Shown here piece by piece: positions 1 to 13,212 of a stretch of 64,000 nt of DNA. The notes under the pieces are model-generated. The model did not search any database. It saw only the letters and a program-made list of their open reading frames with translations, and was not told where the DNA came from. Each line of letters opens with the position of its first letter. Position 1 is the first letter of the stretch. The stretch lies in assembly GCA_013239625.1 (NCBI GenBank), contig MU054323.1:9165220-9229219 (forward strand), read 5' to 3'. The DNA comes from Lama guanicoe (taxonomy: Eukaryota). The translations under genes and the position numbers were made by a program.

Positions 1-1640
1 TTTTCATGCCTTTGGATGGATATGCATATCATCTAGTATCATTCTGGTTCCACCTAAAGAACTTCCTCCAACATTTATTGTAGTGCAAGTTTCTGGTGAT
101 AATTTCTCTTGGCTATTGTTTTTATCTTTATTTCCCCATCATTTTGAAGGATACAGAATTTTGTGTTGACAGTTTATTTTTCCAGTGCTTTGTAGATTTC
201 ATTCATTTTTTTTCTAGCTTGCATTGTTTCCGGCAAGAAGTCTGCAATCAATCCTTCTTCCCCTATATGTAATGTGTATTTTTGACACTAGATGTTTTTA
301 AGAATTTCTGTTTATAATTGGTTTGCAGGAATTTGATTACAGTGGACTTTGATATGGTTTACATTATGCTTATTTTCCTTGGGGTTCATTGAAATTCTTT
401 GATCTATGTGTTTATATTTTTCTTAAAATTTGAAAAAATTTCAGTCATTATTACTTCAAATATTTTTGTGCCTCTCTCACTCCTTTTTCCTTAGATGTCA
501 TTTACACACATGACAAACTGATTGTCTCACATCACAGAGGCTCTGTGCAATTTGTCCAGTCATTTTTTCCTCTATGTTTCAATTTAGATAATCTCTATTT
601 ACTGTCTTCAAGTACATGGATCCTTTCTTCTGTAATGTCTACTCTGTTGTTAAACTCATCAAGTGAATTTTTCATTTCAGATATTGCATTTTTCACTTCT
701 TAAACTTCTATTTGGTTCTTTCATACATCTTCTACTTTCCTCCACACCATGTTCATGTTCTTTAAACCACTGAGCATATTTATAAGGGCTCTTTTAAAAT
801 CCCTTTCTGCTAATTCCATCATCCTTGTCATTTCTGTGTTGATTTTGATTTACTTCTTTTTCTTGGTTATGGATAACATTTTTTTTGGATTCTTTGCATG
901 TCTAATGCATCTTCAGCATTTGATTAAATGCTGAATATTGCAAATGTTACATCATTGAGTGTCTTAATTTTGCTGTATTTTTCCAAAAGGTTAAACTTTG
1001 TTTTTTCAGATAATTTGTGAATCTGTTTAATCCTTTGAAGATTGCTTTTGAAGTCTGTTAGAGTGAGTTTAGAGTGACCTTTACTTTAGGGCAAGTTTAC
1101 CCTTTCTACTAAACTGTGTTCCTTCTTGGATTGCTACTGAATGCTCCAGGGGTTCAACAATGTCTCTGGCTGGATAGAACTCAACACCTCCCATTCCTGT
1201 ATAATTTCTGGGTCATGTTCAGCTTAGAGCTCTCCAGCAGTTACCCAGCTTTGTGGAGTTTCTCTCTATGTATGTCCCTTTAGCATTTAGCAACAGATAA
1301 AGGAGACTCCTATGCAGATTTCTTGACCTTTCCTTGATTAACTCTTTCCTCTCCAGTACATGTTCCCATAAATTTTAGCCACATTAAGCTATGAACTCAG
1401 ATTTCTCAACTCACTGATGTTGCCAAGTTTTCCCGGAGTTCCTCCTCTCTGTGCCGTGGTCAGTAATGGGCCTTCAGGACTCACCTTCTCTGTTTCCTTT
1501 CTCTTCTGGGAAACACTCCTGCTGTCCAATATCAGAAACAGTTGCTTCATATGTTTTGTCCCATTTTCTAGTTGTTTATGGTGGGAAGGTATTTCTTGTA
1601 CTAGTTATTTTAATATGGTCAGAAGTAAATATTTTTGAAT
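1..1640 (-). mobile_element. Old L1 (L1M-type) fragment
   Basis: T-rich degenerate sequence with L1 antisense-like motifs (e.g. AGTGAATTTTTCATTTCAGATATTG); no intact ORF. Confidence 0.6.
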
Positions 1641-1787
1641 GAATGGTCTGTACCTTAAAAGACACTTAGATAGGTGGGATGACAGATGCCCATGTACACG
1701 ACAAATTATACCATGAAGTGAGAGCAGGGAAAAGTGCTGTGTATGACTGTAGCCCAAGTAGAATGGTTATTAAACCAATATGGTCAG

Positions 1788-1909
1788 GGGGAGGGTATAG
1801 CTCAGTGGTAGAGTGCATGCTTAGCATGCATGAGGTCCTGGGTTCAATCCCCAGTACCTCCATTAAAAAATCAAAAAAAAAAAAAGAACCCTAATTCCCT
1901 CCCCTCCCA
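1788..1909 (+). mobile_element. Full-length tRNA-Ala-derived SINE (camelid vic-1-like)
   Basis: GGGGAGGGTATAGCTCAGTGGTAGAG...GGTTCAATCCCCAGTACCTCCA with Pol III A/B boxes and an A-rich tail. TSD AATATGGTCAG at 1777-1787 and 1910-1920. Confidence 0.9.
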
Positions 1910-2949
1910 AATATGGTCAGAATAATAGGGACAAGAAGGGTTCACATCCTTCTTCATTCTTCCAGTGTGGGATGTAGGACTGAGTACAGAAGGCACCAGG
2001 AGAGGTATATAGGTCAAAATATTAAAAATACATTTAAGAATTAAAATACCAGCTAACATCCACTAATCTTTTTGAATAATTATATATACCTCCTTACTCC
2101 TAGCTAAGAAAAGTCCTGGAGAAAGAATAGGAGCTTGGATAGGGAAGTGTAGAGTGAGCTAATTTTGGATTACAAGTTGCAAGAGAAGACGGGGGAAATA
2201 CAAATATATGTGTATGGAGGTTAGTGAGTGGGGATTGACAGCTATAGGATGGCATAAAGGTATGTGGGAAAATCAGGATGCAGAAAAAAGGAGCAGAAAT
2301 AGTTGTATGGACTAAAGCATTTATTGAAGTTCCTGGTGAAAAACATTTTAATACATCAAAGAAGACAAGCAAAGTATGAATAGTGACAAATAACTATAAA
2401 ACCAATATTTTATTTTCTGTTTTGCCAATTAATTATAGTAAATTTTAAATTTCAGAATGGCTCTGTCATCACATTGTAATTATCTCTAAGCCTTTGCTTC
2501 CTGCCATCTGCTGGTGTAGGTAAAAGAAATATAAATGGAATTATTTTTATCCTAAGCAAAATATAATTAGAAGGCTAAATCAGCATACAAAAAATAATGT
2601 ATTCTGGAATCAATTATTAAATTTTAAAATTTATCTGCTAGGTTTGGGTTTTGGTGCTCATGCCTCTTTCACATCCCATCATCCTGAATAATCAAGAACT
2701 GATTATATTGTATTTGACCTTCACAATAGATTTGTAAGATGGGTTAGGGTAGGAATATCATCATCTCTGTTTTAGGAAGAAAGTGAGAATTCAAAAAAGT
2801 AATGGCTTATCAATATGTACCTAGCTGTTAGGTGGATGAGCCTAAACTTTCATTCTGGTCTTATCCATTGCTATGGTCTTTAAACCATACTGTGCTACTT
2901 TGCTTGATAATCAGCTTTCTCTCAGTTCCTTCTTTTCAAGAAAACTTTC

Positions 2950-3680
2950 AAGATCTATTAGCAATATAGTATCATTAACTATGGTCACCCTGCTGTACGT
3001 TACATCCCCGTGACTTATTTTGTAGCTAGAAGTTTGTTCCTTTTGACCCCCTTTACCCATTTTGCCCATCCCTGAATTCCCCTCTGGCAACCACCAATCT
3101 GTTCTCTGTATCTATTAGCTTAGCTTTTAAATTAAAAAAATTTTTTAAAAAAAGATTACACATATAAGTGAAATCAAATGGTATTTGTCTTTATCTGTCT
3201 GACATATTTCACATAGCGTAATGCCCTCAAGATCCATCTATGTTGTCGCAAATGGCAAGCTTGTCTTCTTTTCTTATGATGGAATAATATCCTTTGTATA
3301 TATACACACCTTATTTTCTTTATCCATTCATGCATCAATGGACACTTAGGTTGTTCTATATTTAACTTTTTGAGGAGTCTCCATTCTGTTTTTCATAGTG
3401 GATATACCGATTTACAATCCCACCAACAGTGCACAATGGTTCCCTTTTCTCTCTTACTATTTCTTGTCTTTTTGATAACAGTCATTCTAACAGGTGTGAA
3501 GTGATATCTCATTGTGGTTTTGATTTACATTCCCCTGATGATTAGTGATGCTGAGCATCTTTTCATGAATCTATTGGGCATCTATATGTCTTCTTTGGAA
3601 AAATGTCCATTCAGAACTTCTGCCCATCTTTAAATTGGATTTTTTCCTATTGTATAAGTTCTTTATATATTTTACATATA
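2950..3680 (-). mobile_element. L1 (L1MA-like) 3' fragment
   Basis: Typical antisense L1 3' motifs: TATCCATTCAT..CAATGGACACTTAGGTTG and GTGATATCTCATTGTGGTTTTGATTT. Confidence 0.8.
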
Positions 3681-4979
3681 TTTTCTCTCAAATTTGACTT
3701 TAATATTGGGCAGTCGGTAGCTATGAAAGACAAATATTTGTTTAATATTATTCACATGAGCATAAAAATACATTCTCTACTAAAAACGACTTAGTTCATT
3801 CCATTCCTCCACTTCTTTTGACTGTGGCACTAAGTGATGTTACAGGAAAGAATGTCCATTCTTAAAATCTTATTTGTATTTCAACTCTCTTTGCATATCC
3901 TATTCCCTATGCCTGGAAAATTTCCCCCCTACTTTTTTCCTGAGCAACTCTATATGCATCCTTTAAAAATTCAATTCAGATATTACTTCCTCCAAGAGTC
4001 CAAATGTAACAGTGTGGGTTAGTTGCCCTACCTCTACTCCCTAGCAATCCATGCATGTTTCTCTCACAGTCTGTATCACGTTGGCTTCTATATCACTATG
4101 GCCTATGACTGTGCCTACACACACCATGTGTCCGATAAACATTTGTTAAAATATAAAATACATTAATAGTGCCAGATACCATTTCTGAGTGCTTATCACA
4201 AGATAAATACTGCACTAAGCACCTTATGACCACTAAATCACTTAATCCTTACAATAACCCCATGAAAAGGTTATTATTCTCATCTCCATTTCACAGATAA
4301 GGAGAATGAGAATTAGATTAAAAAACATACCCAAGTTCACCCAGTAAAAGACTGCAGAGCCAGGATTCAAACCAAGGTTGGTCTGAGTCCAAAACCCATT
4401 ATATTACACATAAATGTACTTTATGTCCCTTGTACCTATTTATATTTCATGTTTTTATAACTTCTTGTGTAATTTCTGGTAGCTGTGCTTTTGAATAACA
4501 GTGGAGTTTTGTAAGCTGAACTAAGACATTAAGATGGAAAGACCAAATAATGGTGCTCCTCTCCCTAGACTCTAGAAGGAATTATGTTGATGGACAGAAT
4601 ATTCTCAAATTAAAGTTTTTCTTCTTAAACCTTTGGGTACACTACTCTTTGTGTAAACTATAATCTAAAAGAAGAGAGAAGGTAATTCCATGTGAAATAT
4701 GAATATAGTTAACTTAAGCATAATATCCTATGGTACTCCACAAAAAGTCTCCTGACTTACTTGTGTTCTACAGCCTTAATTGTTTGAGAAATAGTATTCT
4801 AAAGGGTAGTTTATTATAAGACAGCATGTTTGAAATTAATCCAAATACATCAGAACTCACATTAAATGTGGATGGATTATATTCTCCAGATAAAAAACCA
4901 AAAAATATCAGTCATAAAAAATAAATAAAACCAACAAAAGACTAAAATCCAGCTATGTGCTATTGATAAGAGACACACC

Positions 4980-6717
4980 TCATTCATACAAGTTTTATCA
5001 TGAGACTGCAGCAATTCAGTCACATTTTCAGGCTCCACTTCTAATTCTAGTTCTCCTGCTGTTTCTATCACATCTGCAGTTACTTCCTCCACTGAATTTT
5101 GAACCCAAGTCATCCATGAGGGTTGGAATCAACTTCATCTAAACTTCTGTTAATGCTGATATTTTGACTTCTTCCCATGAATCACAAATGTTCTTAATAA
5201 CATCTAGAATGGTGAATCCTCTCCAGAAGGTTTTCAATTAACTTTGCCCAGATTCATCAAAGGAACCACTCTCTATGGCAGGTATAGCCTATGAGAGTGC
5301 CTTTAGTAAATAGTAAGATGTAAAAGTTGAAATTACTCCTTGATCCATGGGCTGCAGAATGGCTATTGTGTTAGATGGCATGCAAACAACATTAACCCCC
5401 ATTGTACATCTCCATCAGACCTCTTGGATGACCAGGTGCATGTCAATAAGCAGTAATATTCTGAAAAGGATTTTTTTTTTCTGAACAGTAGGTCTCAATA
5501 GTGAGCTTAAAATATTCAGTTAAACCATGTTGTAAACAGATGTGTTGTCACCCAGGCTTTGTTGTTCCATTTAACGAGTACAGCCAGAGTAGATTTAGCA
5601 TAAATCTTAAGGACCCTAGAATGGTAAATGAGCACTGGCTTCAAGTTTAAGTTGCCAGCTGCATTAACCCCTAACAAGAGAGTCAGCCTGTCCTTTGAAG
5701 CCAGGCATTGACTTCTTTTCTCTGGCAATACAAGTCTTAGATGGCATCTTCTAATATAAGGCTGTTTCATCTACATTGAAAATCTGTTGTTAGTGTGGCC
5801 ACCTTCACTAATGATCTTAGATCTTCTGGATCACTTGCTGCAGCTTCTACATCAGCACCTGCTGCTTCACCTTGCACTTTGATGTTATGGAGATGGCTTC
5901 TTTCCTTAAACCTCAGGAACCAGCTTCTGCTAGCTTCAGACATTTCTTCTGCAGCTTCCTCTCCTCTCTCAGCCTACACAGAATTGAAGAGAGTTGGGAC
6001 CTTGCTCTGGATTAGGCTTTAGCTTAAGGGAAGGTTGTGGCTGGTTTGATCTTCTGTCCAGACCACTGAAACTTTCTCTGTATCAGCAATAGGCTGTTTT
6101 GCTTTCTTATCATTCCTGTGTTCACTGGAGGAGGAATATTAATTTCCTTCAAGAACTTTTCCTTTGCATTCACAACTTGGTTAACTCTTTGGCGCAAGAA
6201 GCCTAGCTTTCAACTTATCTCTGCTTTCCACATGCCTTCCTCACTAAGCCTAAACATTTCTAGCTTTTGATTTAAACCGAGAGATGTGTGACTCTTTCCT
6301 TCACTTGAACACTTGGAGGCCACTGTAGGGTTATTAATTAGCCTAATTTCAGTATTGTTGTGTCTCAGGGAATAGGGAGGCCCGAGGATAGGGAGAGAGA
6401 TGGGGGGAACAGCCAGTCAGTGGAACAGTCAGAACACATACGACATTTAGTAAGTTCAAAGTCCTAGATGGGTGTGCTCAAAACAATTATAATAGTAACA
6501 TCAAAGATCGCTGATCACAGGTCACCATAACAAATACAATATTAAAGAAAAAGTTTGAAATATTGCATGAATTACCAAAATATGACAGAGAGACACAAAG
6601 TGAGCAAATGCTGTTGGAAAATTGGTGCTGATAGACTTTTTCAATGCAGGGTTGACACAAACCTTCCATTTATGAAAAAAATACTATCTGTGAAGCTTAA
6701 TAAAATGAGGTATGCCT
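4980..6717 (-). mobile_element. Tigger1 DNA transposon (TcMar-Tigger) with decayed pogo-like transposase
   Basis: ORF 5516-5770 contains [37 protein letters not shown], the Tigger1 transposase. Terminal AGGCATACCTCATTTTATT (minus strand) ends at 6717 next to TA. Frameshifted and truncated on the left. Confidence 0.9.
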
Positions 6718-6764
6718 TACCAAAGATCTGCTTATAATTTTTATCAGGCTAGCTTAAAGAACTT

Positions 6765-6968
6765 TTGAACAACTGGTTTGAACTGTGTGGGTCCACTTAT
6801 ACCCAGATATTTTCACTAAATATGTACTACAGGGCTACATGATCTGTGGTTGGTGGAATCCACGGATGTGGAACTGTGGATGTGGAGGATGACTGTAAAG
6901 TTATTTGTGAATTTTTGATCGTACGGGGTTGGTACCCCAACCCCTGCATTGTTCAAGGGTCAACTGTA
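6765..6968. mobile_element. TcMar-Tigger MITE (MER8/Tigger2-like)
   Basis: TTGAACAA..GGTTTGAACTG..GGGTCCACTTATAC start and TTGTTCAAGGGTCAACTG-TA end. Confidence 0.7.
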
Positions 6969-8094
6969 CTTGTTTGAAAATTTAGATAACTGAAAATTTA
7001 GATATGTATTTCTCTCTTGAAAATGAAGACTTGTAATTTAGGAAAAAATCAATATTATTGCTACCACAGTCTATAGATTATAACATTTTAAACCAGTGGT
7101 AAAAATCCAGATATAAAATATAATATGTAAAGAACATTTAAAAACTGTTGCACAAATTACTTTCTGCAATATATGGAAGAATTGCGTTAGAAAATACTGT
7201 TGATCACAGAGGAAAAGCTGGTATCTAATATGTGATATATTTGGGAAACAAATCAAGATCAAAACACTCCCAAACAAAACAAAACAAAACAAAAAATCCC
7301 AAACAAAAGAAACAAAACCTCCAAGTTTAATTTAGAAAACAAGTTAACCATATACAAAGATAATTTACAACTGTCTTCTGCAGAAATATGAGAAATGCCC
7401 CCAAGTCAAGCTGGTACTATAAAAACTGTGAAGAAAGTAAAGTAAGATAGATGGAGATATTTAAAATGTTCATATGAAGAATTTAAGATCATAAGGAAGA
7501 AGAAATCTTGTCGTTAAAGATCATACAACAAAAGGGTAACTCATCACTATGTGGAAAATACTAATGTAATTAAAATTGTATCCAATAAGGTGGATTTTGA
7601 CTCAGTGTAACTATGGAAGAAATACACTGGAATCATCTCAGACCAGTTTTGGGATACTCAGTCCACTGTCAGCACACATTTGTCATGCTTACTATATTCT
7701 AGGCTTTGTGCTGAGGTTCTGGGGACATCAGGACCCGGTCCTCCTGAGCTTACAGTCAGGTGTTAACACTGTATGCTCACTGTCAAAATGGAGGAAGATC
7801 CAGCTACTTAACAAGGAGGTAACTGTCCTGAGCGGAACTCACATAATTCAAGAACTGATAGCCATTGGATGGTGTCACGTGACACAGCATGTCAGGTGTT
7901 AATGCTTTGTATTATCAGAGCTGAGAGACTGTATAACCAGGTATGGTGCTACTTATAAACTGATGTGCTCATTTGTGACAAATATGGCTCCTCAGAGTCA
8001 GGAATAACCCTATCATTCTCTCAAAGGGTGATTTCTCCCGATTACTATAGTGTTGCCACATTCACACTACTTCATAGCCCCTGCTTTTACTGAT

Positions 8095-8228
8095 AAATCA
8101 CTTGTTCTCCACCCTGGCGGCACATCAGAATCTATGAAGGGAATTTATTTAAAAAATACTGATGCCTGGGCCCCAATGCCAGAAGTCTGGTTTAACGATT
8201 CTAATTGGCAGCCAGTGTTGAAACCTTT
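8095..8228. mobile_element. MER5-like hAT-Charlie fragment
   Basis: CACATCAGAATC...AAAAATACTGATGCCTGGGCCCC motif. Confidence 0.55.
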
Positions 8229-9059
8229 CTCTTCCTCACGTCCACAGTGTTTTATGCTGGCTGGAGTTTTAAGACTCAATTTTATGGTTCTGCCTTATAG
8301 AACTCTCTTTTATACTAGACTCTGTTAGTTTTTCTCTGAATACTCTCATTTAAAAATCTTAAGGGGCAGCCAACAGAAAAATGGACAAAGGACACATGGA
8401 TGGGCAATCATGAAAGAAGAAATACAAACAACCAACAAACACCTGAGTAAAAACTCAATCTCTCTAGTATCAAAACAGGAGATAACACTGTTCACCTTTC
8501 CAACTGGCAATGTGTTAGTTTTCTAGGAAATAGGCGTTTCTCACATTGCTAGTGGGAGTGTGTTTCACAGCACTTTTTATGAAGGCAAATTGGCAATACA
8601 TTACAAACATTTAAAAAATGTTATTTCCGTTGATCTAGTAATTCTACCTCTAGGAATTTCCCTAAGGAAAGACACAAGTCCAAAAGCTAAGTGTTCAAAG
8701 AAGTTCATCATAGCAAAGGGAATCAACTTAAAGGTATAAATTTAGGACAGTGAATCAATAAATTTGGTGTCTCCAAGTAACAGAGTGGTGACAGCAATGT
8801 TGTGTTGAGTTTGGGGCAGTGGAGAAGGTGTAAGGTTTACTGAGCTCCTCTTCTGCAAAGACATCCACCCCTCCGCCAAACATACACTTAGACACAACAC
8901 GTATGCGTGCACATGGGGACACATAATTGCCTAAGAGGACATAAAAGAGGGATTACTAGCAGGAGCTAAAAATAGGAGACAAAAAACTCACAAAATAAAC
9001 TGGAATAGGAAAAGGAGGCTTAAATGGCTAAGATAAAGGGTGGGCAGTTTAAAAAAATG

Positions 9060-9715
9060 CAAGATACAAAATGGAAAAGTGGTACTACTGCTATGCAGAC
9101 TAATATGGTGGCTCCTCAAAAAATGAAAGAAAATTACCATATGATCCAGCAACTTGACTTCTGGATATATATCCAATAGAATTGAAAACAAGGACTTGAA
9201 CAGATATTTGTATACTCATGTTTTACAGCAGTATTATTCACAATAGCCAAAAGGTGGAAGCAACCCAATGTCCATTGATGGATGAATGGATAAGCAAAAT
9301 GTGGTCTATACACACAGTGGAATATTATTCAGCCTTTAAAAGGAAGGACATTCTGACACATACTGCAACACTGGTAAACCTTGAAGATATTATGCTAAGT
9401 GAAATAAGCTAGTCACAAAATGACAAATACTACATGATTCCACTTACAAGTAGCAGCTAGAGATGTCAAATTCATAGAGGAAAAAGTAGAATAGTGGTTG
9501 AAGGGCCTGGGGGGAGGGAGGACAGGGAGTTCGTGTTTAAATGGGTAGAGAGTTTCTGTTTGGGAAGATGAAAAAAGTTCTGGAGATGGATGGTGGTGAT
9601 GGTTGTATAATACTGTGAACACACTTAATGCCACTGACCCGAACACTTGAAATGGTTAAAACAATAAATTTTATGTTGAGTATATTTTACTATGATAAAA
9701 AAATCTAAAAAAAAA
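9060..9715 (+). mobile_element. L1 (L1MB-like) 3' end with A-rich tail
   Basis: CAACCCAATGTCCATTGATGGATGAATGGATAAGCAAAATGTGG and TATGCTAAGTGAAATAAG; ORF 9218-9412 resembles the decayed ORF2 end region. Confidence 0.85.
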
Positions 9716-10586
9716 TTCTGCATGACAATATTAAGTCCACTAATGCAGACAGCTGCATTTGCTCCCCTCTACCCCAAGGAAACTGCTCCCTAGTAGCACT
9801 TTTAAACATCTTCTTATCTCTTGCAAATATATGTCAAACTTCTGATATGCTACTCTAATCTTCACAATAATGTGTTAGTATTTGAGAATCAAGAGATACA
9901 AGTTTTAATCCTGGCTCCAACAATAACAGGTATTTGCTGGGGCAAATCACTTAACTCTTCCCAGCCCTGTTTCCAATAATTAAAATGAACAGGGCACAAA
10001 ACAGAAATGAACCCAGGTTCTTTCCTACTCTAGTTTCGCGGTATTTAAGTTCTCCCACAACACCTTGGCTACATTATAAATATCTTTGTTACATGGGTGG
10101 TTGAGTTTGCGTAGTTTCTGTTTTTTAAAGTGTATTCGTATGTTTAACATCTTCCGTCTTGCTTTCACTATCTTCAAGAAATAGTTGTGAATTTCCTGAG
10201 TTAAATTTGTCATTAACTTCTCTATTACAGTTATAAAAGCATATCAATATTTTTCTTCAGTCTCAAAACCAAATTTAGCATCCCCCCCATCCACCGAGAG
10301 GATTTGGTTGCCTTTTAATTATTTGATAACATTTATTTTGATTTTTAAGGAATATAATCTTTTCCTCTTGCTAAAAAGCATGAAGCATAGAATTCTTTTG
10401 TTCCATAAAATGGTTCTTTCCAAGAACTTTGCTTTCCAGGTCTTGTCAATTTGAGAAAGCTGTCAGTGGCAGAGTTTTGCTCATTAAGGCCCAGAGAGCA
10501 GATGTTGATTAATGCCCTTTTTAATTAACAGATGTTTTCTGCTCTTTTACTCTCTAAATATTTCTTTGACATTTTCCCTCTTTTTT

Positions 10587-10706
10587 TAAAAAAAAGTTTT
10601 TAAAATTGTAATTTCTTTTCCGTTTTCTAATGGAGGTACTGGAGATTGAACCCAGGACCTCATGCATGCTAAGCACATGCTCTACCACTGAGCTCTACCC
10701 TCCCCC
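10587..10706 (-). mobile_element. tRNA-Ala-derived SINE (vic-1-like), second copy
   Basis: Reverse complement of the same head at 10631-10706, T-rich tail to the left. Imperfect TSD TTCCCTCTT(T/C)TTT at 10574-10586 and 10707-10719. Confidence 0.88.
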
Positions 10707-12269
10707 TTCCCTCTTCTTTGTCCCCATCACTACTGTCCTGGTTCAGGCCCTCATGAACTCTTGTGAAGAGTTTTACCTTTCAACTGGGTCTCCTTGTCTT
10801 CAAGGAGAATGCTTCTGATACATTCAAAACATTGCCTTCTTTTAAATCTGCCTTTGTGAAATACAAATCTGACCATGTCATTCCTGTACTTTGAACCCTC
10901 CACTGGCTCCCAGGGCCTATGGAATAAAACCTAAGCACCTTAGCATGGCTGATGAGGCTTTTCATCAGCACCTCACATCTGATGCTCAGTGTACAGTATG
11001 CAGACCGAGCGGCTGCTGGCCCCAGGACACCCATGCACATCCATGACTTTGCTCCTGCATATTATCCCAACTGGCCAGTAAGAACTCCTTCCCCTTTTTT
11101 GCTGGGTTAGCACCTGCTAATTTTCAAGACTTGGCTCAGGAGGCATCTTATTCAGAAACTTTCCCTTGTGCTCCCACAGAACCTGCAGGTACTTACCACA
11201 CTGTACTACAGTGATCTGTCTTCGTGTCTGCCTTCTTCCTTGGACTATAAGTTCCTCAAGTGCAATGACCATGTTATATTATTTGCAGTACCCTAGGCAG
11301 TTAGCACAGTCTCAGTATTTCAATATTATATACAAGTTATCAAAATAGTGGAGCAACATTCATCACAAAGCCCACCTCACCTTGCTCTCCCTAGAATGCA
11401 GGCAGCAGGGCGTGAAGAGCTAGCAAAGGAACAGACCGCTAACAGCACTGCTTAGTAATACCAAATAACAGGTGCTCTTTCTTTGTCATATGTAATTTAC
11501 TTACTAACATATATTTTCTTTGAAGGGACCCAAATCAGAAAATTTCCCGCAAATGATTTCTTTTGAATTGAGGGAATTCAGTTGACAGAAACATGTTTAA
11601 TGAAATACTAATTTAAAAATTGATTGGTAACCGATAAGCAAGTTTCAAGGCCCATTTAAGGAGTAGAAAGAATAATGAAGGATGCTATTATATTCCTCTA
11701 ATTTTGGGAATGCATGATACTTCTTAGATACTCCTTTGGCTTTTACTTTCCTGAAAATGTGACTGCCAAAGAGATGTTTCTGTTCTAAATATGATAGGTC
11801 AAGAGGCTTCTGGTGGAAGGCAGGTTAGAGGGTACTGCAATATGTCAAACACATATAATCTTTTCTAGATACAGTATAAAATTTTGGACTTTTTTTCAAG
11901 AAGTAATCCAGGTCCAATGTTTCATCCACTTTGGATCCAAAAGCTTCTAAATTTACTTATGCCACCATCCAATTAAAATCTTTTGAGAATTAAGCAATCA
12001 TTTCCTGACTTGCCAAGGATTAAATTTAGATGCTTGGTTGAACATGAGCCTTATCTCTCCAGCCATCACTTTTAATTGGAGCATGTAAAAGGATAACATA
12101 GGGTTTTAGTTGACATCATAGTCTATTGCCATGGAAATGTAAACATGGGTTTGTATCAAGCTTGTCTCAAAGCAAATTTTAGGGGTACAGAGAGACTGGG
12201 AGACAAGAGATAAATTATGTAAAACGTATCCTCTCAATGTGGAGTGCCCTAAGAGCCCAGACCTCAGTG

Positions 12270-13212
12270 ATCTCATCCTGCCTCATGGCTTTAAATACCA
12301 TCTATACACTGATGACTCTCAAATTTATATCTCCAGCTAGATCTCTCTTCTGAACTCTGAACTCATATATCTGTCTTCTTGACTGTGTCAGCTGGACGTC
12401 TAACAGGCACCTCAAATCTCACATGTCCACTGTGAACTCCTGATACTGCCCTCTCCCTACCCAACTTGCTCTGTCACAATCTTCTCCATCTCAGCAAACG
12501 CCAATTTCCCCTTCCGCTTGCAGAGGTCATAGAACTTGGGGTAATCCTTGACCTAGCTCGTACTCCTCAGTAAATCCTGTCTGCTTTACCTTCAAAATAC
12601 AATCAGAAGATGCTCACTTCTCCCTACTTGCACTGTTTTCAAGCTATCATCATTTCTTGCCTGGATTATTCTAATGAACTCTGAACTTGCCTCACTTCCG
12701 CCCTTATGGGTCATACCATGTCACTTATATGCTCAAACCCTCCAATGGCTTTTCATCTCATCCAAGGTATGACCCAATGTCCTTTAAATAATCAGTTGCT
12801 CTCCCTCCACCCTTATTTTCTTCTTCAGCCATATTGGACTCATTGTTCATGTCATAAGAGGTCCACTTCTGCCTCAGGGCCTTTGCACATGCTCTTCCTC
12901 TGGTTATCTGCATGGCTTGCTTCCTTTTTCCCTTTAGGTCTTTACTCAAATCATTTTCTCAGTGAGGCTTTCTGTGGCCAATGATTTAAAAGTACTACTT
13001 CCATCTCCCTTTCATGCTTTATTTTCCTCCTTAGCATTTATTGAACAGACTGTGTATTTTACTTATTTCTAGTGATACTGCCTGTCTCTTCCACTAGAAT
13101 GTGGGCTCCATAAGGCAGGGATTTTGGGCTATTTTTCATTGCTGTGTCCTCTGTACCTAGGGAAGTGCCTGATATGTAGTATAAAATCAGTAAATATACA
13201 TTGAATGAATAA
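12270..13212 (+). mobile_element. L2 LINE 3' fragment
   Basis: CATGGCTTTAAATACCATCTATACACTGATGACTCTCAAATTTATATCTCCAGC and terminal TGAATGAAT. Confidence 0.8.

Noticed and set aside
1791..1862. tRNA-Ala(AGC) gene call
   Set aside because: Flanked by a TSD with an A-rich tail and no adjacent T-run terminator, and present in three dispersed copies: a SINE, not a tRNA gene.
5516..5770. Possible domesticated transposase gene (TIGD-like)
   Set aside because: Only short frameshifted fragments within a truncated Tigger1 copy.
1788..10706. Inverted SINE pair as a dsRNA/editing substrate in RBKS intron 1
   Set aside because: Only about 75 bp of homology and about 8.8 kb apart; pairing is unlikely to be efficient.
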